A stretch of 62,921 nt of DNA, the filler included, from Pelomyxa schiedti (lineage: Eukaryota > Protista > Evosea), in the NCBI GenBank assembly GCA_020536535.1. It is 4 parts of 4 records of this genome, joined end to end, with 100 filler letters (N's around TTAATTAATTAA, not from the genome) between each part and the next. Parts side by side here need not be neighbours in the genome. Positions count along the whole stretch, not along the records: positions 1 to 30,889 come from JAHLWZ010000549.1; positions 30,990 to 49,945 come from JAHLWZ010001112.1; 2 more parts are not named here. One strand, written 5' to 3'. Under the pieces are notes generated by a model. It was not told where the DNA came from and did not search any database. It was given only the letters and a program-made list of their open reading frames with translations. The translations under genes were made by a program, and so were the position numbers. Below, one piece after another: positions 24,221 to 35,800 of this stretch (its first letter is position 1; the number at the start of each line of letters is the position of its first letter).

Positions 24221-26645
24221 ATGAACGCGCTACAACGGCACGCAGGGGGCGACGCGGACAACAACAACACTAGCAACAGCAATGGAAATGCGACGCACCC
24301 CGGCGATGACGAGGTGCCCACCGAGACCGGGCCGAAGCGCAGCCGCGTGGCCGCCGTGGAGGGCACCACCGCCCTCTTGCTCCCCATTTTCTCCAGGACC
24401 AACGCCCACGTGTCCACCAGGACCTCCTGGGCCCCCATCCCCGACGCCCCCCAACCACCACCACCACCACCACCACAACCACAACCACAACCACAACCAC
24501 CACCAGCAGCCCCAGCCCCCCTCGCCGACGGTGGTGGTGTAGTGGTAGATCCCCAGCAGCAGCAGCAGCAGCAGCAGGAGCAACAGCAGCAGCAGCAGGC
24601 CAACGCGGCTGCATTCATCGCGCAGCAGCAGCAGCAGCAGGCACAGCAGCAGGTGGCGGCGCTGCGGCAGCACCAGCAGAGGGTGATGAGGTTCAAGATC
24701 CCGATGGTGGGGCTGGACAAGAAAACAGGGCTATCTGTGTCGGCACCCTCTGCGCCGTGCGTGGTGTCGGTGACGACCAAGGCCCACCTCATGGCGTTGA
24801 TGTATGGCGGCGGCGGAGGCGGAGGCGGAGGTTGTGGGGCTGATGCCGATGCCAGTAATGCTGCCACTGTCAGCGGTGGTGCCTTGAGCGCGGAAACCGG
24901 GGTGCAGGGCGACGGGATGACTCCTGATCGTGAGGCACAGGACCGGGAGCCTGAGAGGCAGTGGTTGTGCACCTACGCTCACCGAGATTGGAAAGAGTAC
25001 GAGCTCGTGATTGTGAACTTCCCGCCGCAGGAACCTAGGATTGCCTTGTCTGACAGCTGGTGGCTCACTCAGCGACGTACGTTGTGCTCTTTTTTTAACA
25101 TGCTTAAAATAAATATGATGGACATACAGCCACCTAACCTCCTAAAAGCCTTGTCTGGTATCCCTTCGCAAGTTAGACTGGGAAACTTGACTGTTACTAA
25201 ACGAAATACCACTTCCCACAAGCTTTATTTGAGAGTCCTTGTCTTCCATGAGAACATTTGGTGGGAAACACCTTGGGTTATCAGTGCGTACAATTCAAGT
25301 GTGCTTTTGAAACTGACTTTGAATAGTTACTGCTGGCTTGTCACTGCAACAACAACAAGCAATCCGACCTCTTTTTATGTCTCCTCCTAAAGTCGTTCAA
25401 CAAGCAGTCCCTCAAGTCTCTCCGTTTGTGAATACTGGGCCTTCCTCTCAGAGTGTACAGGAAGTTATGCGCCTCCGTGAGATTTTGCAACGACAACAGG
25501 AATCCACGGCAGCATCACGGCCGTGTGAATCATTTCCAACCTCACCCACCGACCTTTCTATAAATCCAAGGAACATCAAATTCACAGGGATAAGATTTGA
25601 GTTGCATTTACCAAATGCCATGGTTACCAACTGGGCTGAAAGAGTTTGGAACGAGTTATGTGTAGATACCATGTTGAATTGGGGAACCTTGGTTGAGAAG
25701 TTTCGGCATGACTTCAATCAGGATCTCACACCTCTCAAAGCGCTTGGTATTTTCCTTTCTTTGAAATCTTTAAAGTTAATATCTACAGTTTGTGGCCCAG
25801 ACAACACTATTTCCAAGAAGCTGTGGTATGGACTAGCACACCACTTAGTGTATGCCAGAGATAAATACATATTTTGTGATGCTGTATGAACCCCCCTCCT
25901 AAAACCGTTATAATAATTAACAATCGAAAAAAAGGCTGCAATTGAGTTGTGGAAAACGGCGCGGTTTGTGAATTCCCTCGTTTTTCTTATGAACTGACAT
26001 GAACACAAGGTGGTTCCATGGTGTCTGCTCCAAATTTCAGGCTGAGTCCCGCTTACATCTGGCCCATCAAACAACACAAGCGGATGCAGAACGAAACTCT
26101 AATACATTTTTGTGGCTGATGAGATTGAGTGAGATTGAGCCATCTTTGTTTGACTTGTCGTTCAAAGCAAAATTGTATGTGTGCGACTCCCCCAATTACA
26201 TATCTCATATTCCCAAAGATGTATATACCACATGAGAATTGGCCATTGCCGCCCTGGAGATACCCACTACTGGACAGGCAGTACCCCGGTGTTTGAACCA
26301 ATTCCGCCAAACAAATACGGCATCGGTGGCCAGTACTACATTGTTAACTCCGACAAAGTTGCTGACACACTGGACGAGCTTGTCAAGAAAGTACTCGGCA
26401 ATAGTTCGGCCGAGCTTCACGAGGTGCACCGGCCGGACCTCATCATACCCGATCCAATGCCAGCAGAGTCAGACGGGACAACAACCACAACAGTTACCGG
26501 GGTATTCACTGCATCTACCCCAACAATTACCCCCAGCCTTTGCAGCGTTGGATCACCCAGCCACCCTTCATGTTCACCCATTACAACGGTCATACAACAA
26601 CAAACCTCTTCAACAACTTCGACAACTGGAGGTGGACACTGCTGA
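24221..26645 (+). CDS. SH2-domain protein with polyP/polyQ N-terminus and unidentified central domain
   Basis: Spliced LWKTARWFHGVCSKFQAESRL..NTFLWLMRLSEIEPSLFDLSF..DTLDELVKK fits an SH2 pattern (WFHG, FLxxR). It follows a helical W-rich linker. Confidence 0.65.
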
Positions 26646-26842
26646 TGGAGACTCAAGCCACGTTTTCATAGATAGATAGTATGTTCCATGTAATGTACAT
26701 CCTTGCTTCAACGCCAAGCCAAATTTTTGCTGTGCAGTTGCTTGGCCTTCCCCGAACATTTTTCTCCTTGACGTGATCAAAAACCAAAGAGACGAAAGTA
26801 AACAAAAAAGAAAAAAAAACAACCAGGACAAGCCAGTCGACA

Positions 26843-27181
26843 ATGAGCACCGAAAAATGTGCGCGACACCTCGTTTTTTTTTTTTTCCCTTTTTGTTCGG
26901 TTCGGTGACTTTTTTTTTTGTGTAGTCCCCAAAGTTGACAAGACCGCGTGCGTTGGATGCGGAGGTTGCGTCTCCGCTTGCCCCGCTGACCTCTTTGAGC
27001 TGGACACAGACGGCCATGCCACATTCAAGGTACGGTTTTCCCCCTTTTCCGTTTTTTGTTGGTGAATCACGAAACATCGCACGCACAGATTGCCAAGAAG
27101 AGCGAGTGCGTACACTGCGAGGCGTGCGTCGGTGCTTGCCCGGTCGGTGCCATCACTACTGTCCTCGAAAAGGACTTATAA
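26843..27181 (+). CDS. fdx: 2[4Fe-4S] ferredoxin (bacterial type), two introns
   Basis: Spliced MSTEKFPKVDKTACVGCGGCVSACPADLFELDTDGHATFKIAKKSECVHCEACVGACPVGAITTVLEKDL has two CxxCxxCxxxCP motifs. Confidence 0.95.
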
Positions 27182-27338
27182 ACCCCGCCCCCTTCGCCTT
27201 TGGTGGGGGATGTTCCCCATTTTAAAAGATGGTGCTCTGTTATCCTATTTATTTATTCCATTTTGTTTTTTTTTAAAGGGGAGTTGTCTGGAAAACGTGT
27301 TGTAGTGTTGAAAAGAATTCACAAGAAGGAAACATTTC

Positions 27339-29337
27339 TCAGTGTGAACTGGATGAATCAGTGTTCTCAGGTACTCCGCGTGCGAAGTTTACCACCAAAT
27401 AGGGATCACAACTTTTCCTGAGGTCAGCTACGTAGCCGTGCACAGAGGGGTTACACTGATATATTGGGAGAACCACTGACTGCAGCGTGGATTTCCTGTG
27501 CCGGGAATACTTCCTATGTGCGCGGTATAGGGCTGTCCACACCCAATCGGGGCTGTTGCCGAATGCCCCGCTTCCAATAAGGCACGGAAATATTTGGGCT
27601 CTGCCATTCAGAATGGCTGAGAGGTACATTCCTGTGAACTATTAGAATTCTCTCTATGTGTGTTTTCAAGAAGTGTACCGGTGAAGCAGGCTTCTAGAAT
27701 AAACTTGGCCTTAGCTTCAGCGTTCGGTGATTTTCGGTTTGCTTGGCCATTTGCCCCCTGTGCCATATTCACAGCTGCACAGAATACCTTAATTCATTGT
27801 GAGGTTTTAATTTCGTTGTGATTTGACGCCAACCTGGTCAATAACTTGGGTAGGATCGTCTACAACAGGAAGACTGGAACCGGAGGAACCAAAAGTGGCT
27901 TGCACATTTTCATGTAGAGCTACACAGTAATTCTCTAGTAGACTTCTATATTCCGGTGTACCTTCTGCGGGGAACTCCTCTTCCGCTTCCGGCTTGTTCG
28001 TGGAATCGTACACAACATACCCATTTACAATAGGGAAGTGCTGGGCAAGATCAGGGTGCCCAAGTAGATTGATTTGACGGGTTTCAGTTTGCTTCCACTG
28101 CACTGGGGGAGAGTGATCATCTATAAAAGCGGCATAAACGCGCGCAATTGCGGCCGCCCCAGCTCCAATAGAGGCAGCAGGTCCTTGGGTCTTATCGTAT
28201 ACATAGTACTCTATTCAAAAGGGAATTTTAAAAGTCAAGACTTACGTGAGCCTCACCAAACCTGTGAAGTGCGGATTTGATGGATAAGAAGTTTCGGATA
28301 TTGCTGGGAATGGGTAAGTATATTTCAACTAATTTGTTGGCAGAGGGATACCTTCAAGGGCATTGAAATTTGAAGCAACAAGGAAAGTAGAATTCTTATT
28401 TTTGGGCACTGCTTGGAGTGCAGCAACATCGACCTCAGCTTCAGAGTCCTTCGTAGTTAAATGAAATGGGGATGTATTTATTTAATTTGCCTCAAGGTAC
28501 CTGGTCTGAGCGTGTTACAATTATAAAAGTGGGATTTGCTGGAGTTGTAGGGTCAGGCATTGCTTCCACCTCATCCAGCAACTGCTTGATAGTCACAATG
28601 CGAAGTCTTCCAGCGTTCCACTTCTTGCCAGCTAGTGCAACCGAGAATGAGTCAGTATACTTGTGGCAATAATTAATTATATGGGAAATGAGTACAACAC
28701 AAATACACATAGAGTGCGCGTGCATAAGCGAGATAGTAATGCCACTCATTCACAGAAACCATCACCACTACTAACATTTTAAGTTGGTCAATTCCACGTT
28801 GGGCTTGCCGTTCACATCGACCAGCCTCAGTGGGCACACCCCGGCCCCGCCGCCCTCGGCCGAGCACTCCTCCATGGCCGCCCGCAGCCCCGCCTCATCC
28901 CTCCCCGCCAGATACGCGAACCACTCGTCCGGGTCCACCAGCTCCGCCCCCGCTCTCTCTCCCTCCCCCTCCCCGTGCCTGTGCCTACTGGTACTTTTGC
29001 TCTTCTCCTTGTGGTGGGATGTTGACTCGCCGCCTTCACAGGAGGCGGAGGCGGAGGCGGAGGCGGAGTCCTCGCCGTGCGAGTGATGGTGGTGGTGGGG
29101 GTGGTGGGCCGAGGAGGTGGTAGCCTCTGGGGCGGATGTGGCGGGGGCGGGCGAGGACAGGGCCAGGGCCTCGGCGATGGCCTGGTCGTTGGCCTCCTTG
29201 GCGTCCTTGGCCCGCTTGTCGGCCTCTGCGGTGCGGGCCAGGGACTCGGCGCGCTTCTGGGCCAGCGCCTCCGCCACCCGCCGCGCCTCCTCCTCCGCCT
29301 CCTGCTCTTTCTGCTTATGAGATCCGCTGGCACCCAT
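27339..29337 (-). CDS. N-myristoylated conserved protein of putative macrodomain/PARG-like fold
   Basis: MGASGS start, coiled/His-rich N-terminus, then spliced FLVASNFNALE..YVYDKTQGPAASIGAGAAAIARVY..QINLL..IFPCLIGSGAFGNSPDWV. The gene model is well supported; the fold assignment is inference. Confidence 0.7.
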
Positions 29338-29387
29338 CCAACAACAACAGTGCGACGCTACGACGTCGGTTGGTTTCTCGTGGGCGT

Positions 29388-29487
29388 NNNNNNNNNNNNN
29401 NNNNNNNNNNNNNNNNNNNNNNNNNNNNNNNNNNNNNNNNNNNNNNNNNNNNNNNNNNNNNNNNNNNNNNNNNNNNNNNNNNNNNNN
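29388..29487. other. Assembly gap (100 N)
   Basis: N run. Confidence 0.98.
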
Positions 29488-29958
29488 ATTCTTTTGATGA
29501 CTTTTCCCAGCTTCCTTCGAACTCTTTGATAAAAACGGAGATGGGGTCCTTTCTAAGGAAGAAATCAGGTTTCTTCTTTTTTTCTTCTTCAACTTATCGT
29601 AACGGCATTCCATTTAGAGAGATGTTTGTAATGATCGTGAAGCAGGTATATATCCGCATTTTCCCCTTTGTTGTCCGCCGACATATTATAGAAAAGAACC
29701 GCAACAAACATGAGAAAGTCCGCCGGCTCTGCCGCGGCTTCCGCCGTGGAGCTAGATGACAAAGCCATGGCAGCAATCAACAGCGTCATCAACACCGTGT
29801 TTGACAGAATAGATGTTGACAGGGTAAGCGCAACCCCAACCTCCAAACACAAGAAACCTAACAACCATCTCCAACAGAACGGAACCATCGACCGCGATGA
29901 ATTCCTCAATGGCTTCGCCAAGCACCCCGACGTCTGTGGCTTCTTCAAACAATTCTAG
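29488..29958 (+). CDS. Partial duplicate or allele of the EF-hand sensor (3' exons)
   Basis: Same exons as 19378-19845. The changes I checked in exons (GCT/GCC, GTC/GTG) are synonymous. Confidence 0.6.
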
Positions 29959-30130
29959 TCCACCCGCGCACAACAGCACCTCCCCCGGAACTCACAAAGC
30001 CACACCCCTTTATCCTAAGTGCATCATCGTCAGTTGACAAAAGTTGTACATCAAAAACTATCCACTAGAAGAAAACCGAAAAACAAACGACTTCGTTTTT
30101 TGAACAAAAAAACAGCGACTGTTGTGAGTG

Positions 30131-30889
30131 ATGGACCCAAGAGACACAACGGTAGTAGACACCTTCGCTGATTTCCTGGATGACACGGAGGTACTAGCAT
30201 CGCTGCAGAAGAACAACACCCACCAACAACCAACACCAGCACCAGCAGCCCCAGCGAAGCCACAACCACAGCCACAAACACAAACAACAGCAACAACAAC
30301 ACCTACGGCAGTGGCCACCACCCAACAACCACCACCACCACCCACGGCTGTTGTTGTGGTGCCCGCCTCAATGTCTATAGCCACCCCCCCATCATCATCG
30401 ACATCAACAACACCAGCAACACCACCCTCCACATCGTCATCGTCATCGGCGTCGGCGTCGGGGGCTGCAAGTGTAGGTGCTAGTTCCAGCAGCAGCGCAA
30501 CTGGGAGTACGACTAGTAGTGGTAGTAGTGGTGGTGGTGGGAGTAGCTGGGGAGCAAGGATTGTGGGAGGGTTGGGGTCCGTAATGGCAACTGTACTGTC
30601 ACCGCTGGAACCTACTAGTGCTGCCGCGGTGATGGATGCGAATGATGCTACTGGTGGGGCTAGTAGCGGTGGTGGTAGTGGCAGGCCACACACGCCCACT
30701 ACTGCATCACAGCATCCTCGTCAACTGTCATCATCCCCTACAACTGGCCATGCTATGTATACAAAACAGAGTGCAACTGCTAGTTCAGGGGCTTCGGCTA
30801 GTGGGAAGAGTTCTAAGCAGGGGCAATCATTCTTAAGCTTTGTGATGGATGCTGTGTCTGCTTCTCCTGTGCAGCAGCCGCCGAAACCC
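30131..30889 (+). CDS. Partial duplicate or allele of the TBC-TLDc N-terminus
   Basis: MDPRDTTVVDTFADFLDD.. frame is intact, with altered P/Q/T/S tract lengths. Truncated by a gap. Confidence 0.6.
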
Positions 30890-30989
30890 NNNNNNNNNNN
30901 NNNNNNNNNNNNNNNNNNNNNNNNNNNNNNNNNTTAATTAATTAANNNNNNNNNNNNNNNNNNNNNNNNNNNNNNNNNNNNNNNNNNNN
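30890..30989. other. Gap containing artificial TTAATTAATTAA linker (30934-30945)
   Basis: N44-TTAATTAATTAA-N44. The 12-mer carries stops in all six frames and recurs identically in two other gaps. Confidence 0.95.
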
Positions 30990-31405
30990 AAGGGAGAAGT
31001 CTTCACATTCAATCACGGCAGACAAATATACGTGATTGTCACATACTCTCTGCGCATATTCCGGCCCAGCTTCTGGCTCAGTGCCTGGTAAATTACCTTG
31101 TAAGGGACGGCCGGAGGGATGCCCTTGACGGTGAAGTATGTTGGTACCGAGGCAGATGGGTGCTCTGGCCCCCACGACGACGGCGGCGGGGGCGGAGGAG
31201 TAGGCGGCGGCGCAGACGACGCTGTTGTCGGCGCAGCGGCCGAGGAATGGGTCGTGGGCTGTGGCGGAGAACGCTCCTGTGTGGCATGTGGCCCCGCCTC
31301 TGCCTGCGACGGCGACGACGGCCCCTTGGGTCCCCCGCTGCCATACGAGAAAGGGGTTGCACTACACACTGACGTGCTTGTAGGGGGCAATGAATGCTCC
31401 CCGCG
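30990..31405 (-). CDS. Fragment of a hypothetical Pro-rich protein, possibly entering an RRM-like domain; truncated by gap
   Basis: GC-rich P/S/A-rich frame then YFTVKGIPPAVPYKVIYQALSQKLG. The start is not resolved (in-frame TAG at 31406-31408). Confidence 0.35.
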
Positions 31406-32809
31406 CTACCGCGGGCACCGGTACGACATTTTCCCAAGCACCAAACAACAGTTCCATCTCAAAATTTTAAGTCCCATCACCACAAAACACATTGCCCTCA
31501 AAAAACCGCCGCCGCACCACTAAAAAAACGAAGTTGTCTTGATTTACGCAGCAATCCACTTCACTTCAAAGAAGGTTGACAGGTTATCTTCGATATCTAT
31601 GGAGAAGGGGAAAAAACTCACAGCATTATTCCACCCCAAAGGGCAGCTGATGTCAAAACGTCCCCCAACTCTCACCTGTGCCAAGTTAATTTAATTGTAT
31701 AGAGGATAACTTGTGGCAAACCTCTCACAAGTCAGGATCGAAGCCAAAAATGCCGTCGATATCTCGGTATCTTGTAGTAGTCAAAAGTAAGCTTGAAGTA
31801 GAGTCCCCGCCAAAAGGTAGTAGTCCATATCTCGCTGTGAGAACACTGTGAGGTTTGGAAACTGAGGGAAAAGCAGCCTTTGTATTTCTCATGTGACTTC
31901 TCTCCGATTTCTCTGTGTTTCACAAAAAATGAAGCACAACGAACACGGGGGCACGTCGACGACTTACCGATGTTGCTGTGCTTGATGTTCGTACGTGTCG
32001 TGATGTCCGGCCTTAGTTGGTTTTTTTATTTTTTTGGATTAGTGATTTGCAATTGACTTTTTCGTTTTCCCACACTCTATCCAGTCTCGGGTTTTTACTC
32101 ACCTGCCCAGGTGCCGGCTGTTGTTGCGGTTGTTGACCAACAGAATGTCTTGTTGTGTTGAAGTCCGGTCCTCGTCTCAGTATCAGATCTGGAAGACCCC
32201 GAATGACATCAAAGCACATGAAAGGAAAGAACGACGTAGGTGGTGCTCCGACTGTAGCTTGTTAGAGTGCGATAGGCGAGGATACAGCGACATGTTCATG
32301 CCCATCTGCTTTGGTTTACGGGGTTCGTAGCAGTGTTTAGTGCCAAGAGACACTCATGTTGATTTGTTTGGCGTTGGTGATATTTCATGGTTTTTTTCTT
32401 CGTGTGTTATGGAACAACAGCCGCGATGCAACAGTTGGGTGGCTCCTCAGAAGGTCCCCTCCTACTGCCACATCGCGGCTGTTTCCACAACATATTTCAT
32501 GTTGCGAAGGAAATGTTGGTCCCACCAACAATTGCTCTGCTAAAACGGGGGACCAGGTCTCATCACCCAACGTCTGGGACGTTTTTTTCCAATCAAACTG
32601 ACAGTTCCTTACAAATCACACTGCCAGAACTTCAGTTGTGCAGCAGTGCCACATGCTTGAGAACATCTCAGGGACTCACTGTTCCAAGCACCAGTCACAG
32701 TTCCTGTGAGCGCACAACACAGAACTGATCTGGATACCTCTGGGTTGCATTTTAGGCGAACCCTGGGTGTACGGCTTGTGTATTATTTCGCGAAGTCCAA
32801 CAACTTGAC

Positions 32810-35800
32810 ATGTGCCGAGTTGGTGCCCTTTCAGCCAAGCGACGCTCTGCCCCTGCGTGCTCCGCGCCTCCTCCGCCCACGGACACTCAGCTTCAAGTTA
32901 TGTCTGATCTCCTTGGTGTGTGTGTGGCATCTACCCTGTGACGAATCCACCCGGCTCACTCCATCTTTTTTTTTTTTTTTGTAACAGTCAATTCTAACAT
33001 GACCACCGTAAATTGCAGTGGGCGAGGGCTCTGTACCTGCTTATGCGGAGCCACCTCCAACTCCTATAGTGTCTGTTCCTCTGACAGGAGTTAGATTTGA
33101 AGTAGAAATTCTCGACTTTTGCGCTCATGTTACCTTGCACCAGGTTTGGCTTAGGTCCTGTATTCCGATAAATCAAACAAACAAAACACTACACATAGCG
33201 CTTTGAAAATCGTGAGAATGACCCGTTGGAAGTAGTCTATGAATTCATTCTTGGTGACGATGTCTCAGTCTCTGCTTTTGTGGCAGGTTATCACCACTTT
33301 TTGGTATCGAGGCCTCATTTGCAGAATAGATATCGAGGGGAAGAAAGTGAGTGGAGTTGTCCAAGAAAAGCAAAAAGCCAAGGTAAACTAATTTGTAATG
33401 AATATCTTCTTAAAATGAGAAGGAACTGTATGATGACAGCATTGCTTCTGGTGGAGGTGCCTTTCTGGTCGAAGAAAGTACAGGTTGACGAACAATCGAA
33501 AGTTTTCACTTTGCTGACTTATGTAGAGCAATCAAACATGTTCACTGTTAACATTGGGAACCTTCCTCCTCAGAAAGAAGCTCTTATTAGTCTATCATAT
33601 GTCTGTAATCTAGACACCCTTCCAGATGGCACCGTACGCTACTTCTTTGTCACGGTGTTCCCAATAATTACCTAAAGATTCGCTTTTGTCTACCTGGCAC
33701 CCCAGCCAATATTCCACTCCAAATATCTACCCCTACCCTCAGTACCATTTACTTCAAGGAAGTAGGGGCATCTGGAATTTCTATTAGAGCCTCTCTAGGT
33801 AATTTTTACTTCCCACCTTGCTCTCCCTGAGGAAAAAAAAAAAGATATGAGCAGTCCTATCTCCAATGCTGCATGTAATACACACACTATCACTGTTGAG
33901 CCAGGAGAGAAGCCTACGAAAGCAATAGTGACACTTGCTGAAGAAACATTTGCACCAGGGAAGGATTTTGAACTCTTGATACAGCTTGCACCCACAAACG
34001 AGTAAGTTCAGACATTGCGCCATGAAATTTTATGCTCCAAGAATCAATTGCCGAGTTCAACAATCTGAACAAGGTGACAAAGTTGCAATGCTCACATTTT
34101 TCCCCAAGCTCGAAGGTGATGTTGTCTCAGAGTGTATATTCGTTGTCGACAGGTTACTTTCGTTCTTATCAAAATATCCCTCACTCCTCCTATCTCAGAT
34201 CAGGGAGTATGGAAGGAGAGCCAATTGAACAAGGTACAGGCTTCCTTTGTCCCTAAACCGATTTGTTTGCAGTAAAACAAACTCTGCAAATATTCTTGAG
34301 GTCTTTACCTGAGGGGACACGCTTTAATATTATTGGTGTGGTTAAGCTGGCTGAAGTTGGAGATGACTCTGATTCTCATGCAATTAACAGGATTTGGTAC
34401 CTATCATGTGACTCTTTTCTCCAAAGGGAGTGCTGTATACAACGAGGAAACTCTGGATACTGCTTCTAAATATGTTGTAAAGATGTCGGCTAATCTTGGT
34501 GGCACCAATGTGAGCTTGCTACTTTTTTTTTTTTTTTGAGTAACTCTTTGTAACCCAGATTATGGGAGTTGAGTACCTTTCTTTCTCAGACCAGTTGTAT
34601 AATTTTTTTTTTAGCCTTTGAAGAGCATATTCAGCAAAAAGCCTACCCCAGGAATACCTCGACAGGTTTTTTTACTAACTGATGGGCAAAGTGTGTTCTC
34701 CGCAATGCACAGCTATATTACTGTCGATCTCACTGTTACATTCCAGTTTCCGACACAGAAGAATGCATTGCAGCTGTGAGAGGCAATGCCAGTACTACTA
34801 GAGTGTTCACATATGGGATTGGCAAAGATGTTGATAGAAAACTTGTTCGAGGTCTTGCTAAAGCAGGGAATGGTGAATGTGAGTTGATCCAGGACACACA
34901 ATCCATGAACCAAAAAGTTCTGCGTTTGCTGAATAAAGCCCTCCAACCAGCTCTGACTGATGTACTGATATTCCTGTAACCAATTCATTTACTTCCTTGT
35001 TCTCAGGTAACTCTCAACTGGGGAGCTCTTACAGGGTTGCAACAAACCCCCTACATATTACGGCCACTGTTCGGCGGATCGGCTTTAGTTGTTTATGGCT
35101 TCTTGCCGACTGTACGGTCCCAATTTCCTTTCTCCCACTATATCTCTTGCTTAAACTAAACCCAAAAGACATTTAAATCCACTACCACAGTTGCACTTAA
35201 AGCAGGGAGCACAAGGGGTCCACTTTCTCTCAAAGTATCTATCAATCCCGACGTTATCACACCGGGATCCCAGCTATTCAAACTTGCAGCTAAAAATCTG
35301 ATCAAGTCGGCTTGCAAATCCTACAGTTTGATTATTAATTTCCCAAAGTGATTTTGAAGAGGGGACTAGTTTTCTCCATGTCGGTGGGCGCAATCCTAGT
35401 GCGAATGCAATTAAAGCAGAAGAGATAGCCATTTCCCTCAAGTTGAAAGAATACAATGCTTCCCAAATTAAATGTGTAGCCAAGGTATCAGATTTTATGC
35501 AAGCACACAGCTTTCGTAGCCATTGATAAGCGAACTGGGGCTACAGAAGGAACAATGCAACTCCGAGAAATGCGACTGCAACCAGGTACAAACTTGGCAA
35601 CGTAAAAAAGTGGCCTAACACAATTTAGCGCCTCAACCAGCGTTTACTATCGGCAGGATGGCAAGCAGCACAAGTTCAAGTTCGTTTGGCTCTGGGAAAA
35701 TGTATGATGTGGACCCTGATGACAGCCTTTTCGATGAGGCCGAATGCGATAACTTCGGCCTTGGATCTCTTCCACCTCCATCCAGTATGGTGTCACTGCC

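Larger units (their letters stand above)
29488..30889 (+). repeat. Near-identical second copy of 19378-20793 (3' half of the EF-hand gene plus 5' part of the TBC-TLDc gene), bounded by gaps
   Basis: Colinear throughout with scattered SNPs and codon-sized indels in microsatellite tracts. Both copies end at the same GCCGCCGAAACCC before a gap. Confidence 0.95.

Noticed and set aside
24221-26645. Calling the SH2 gene a bona fide STAT
   Set aside because: No recognisable STAT DNA-binding motifs or phosphotyrosine tail, so it is kept as STAT-like layout only.
14841-27181. Bacterial contamination or a prokaryotic operon (malic enzyme, ferredoxin)
   Set aside because: Both genes have GT-AG introns and sit among eukaryote-specific genes.
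30934-30945. TTAATTAATTAA palindrome (also 49990 and 59554) as a biological site, e.g. a piggyBac TTAA target
   Set aside because: It sits exactly mid-way in N runs with the same layout three times, so it is an assembly linker.
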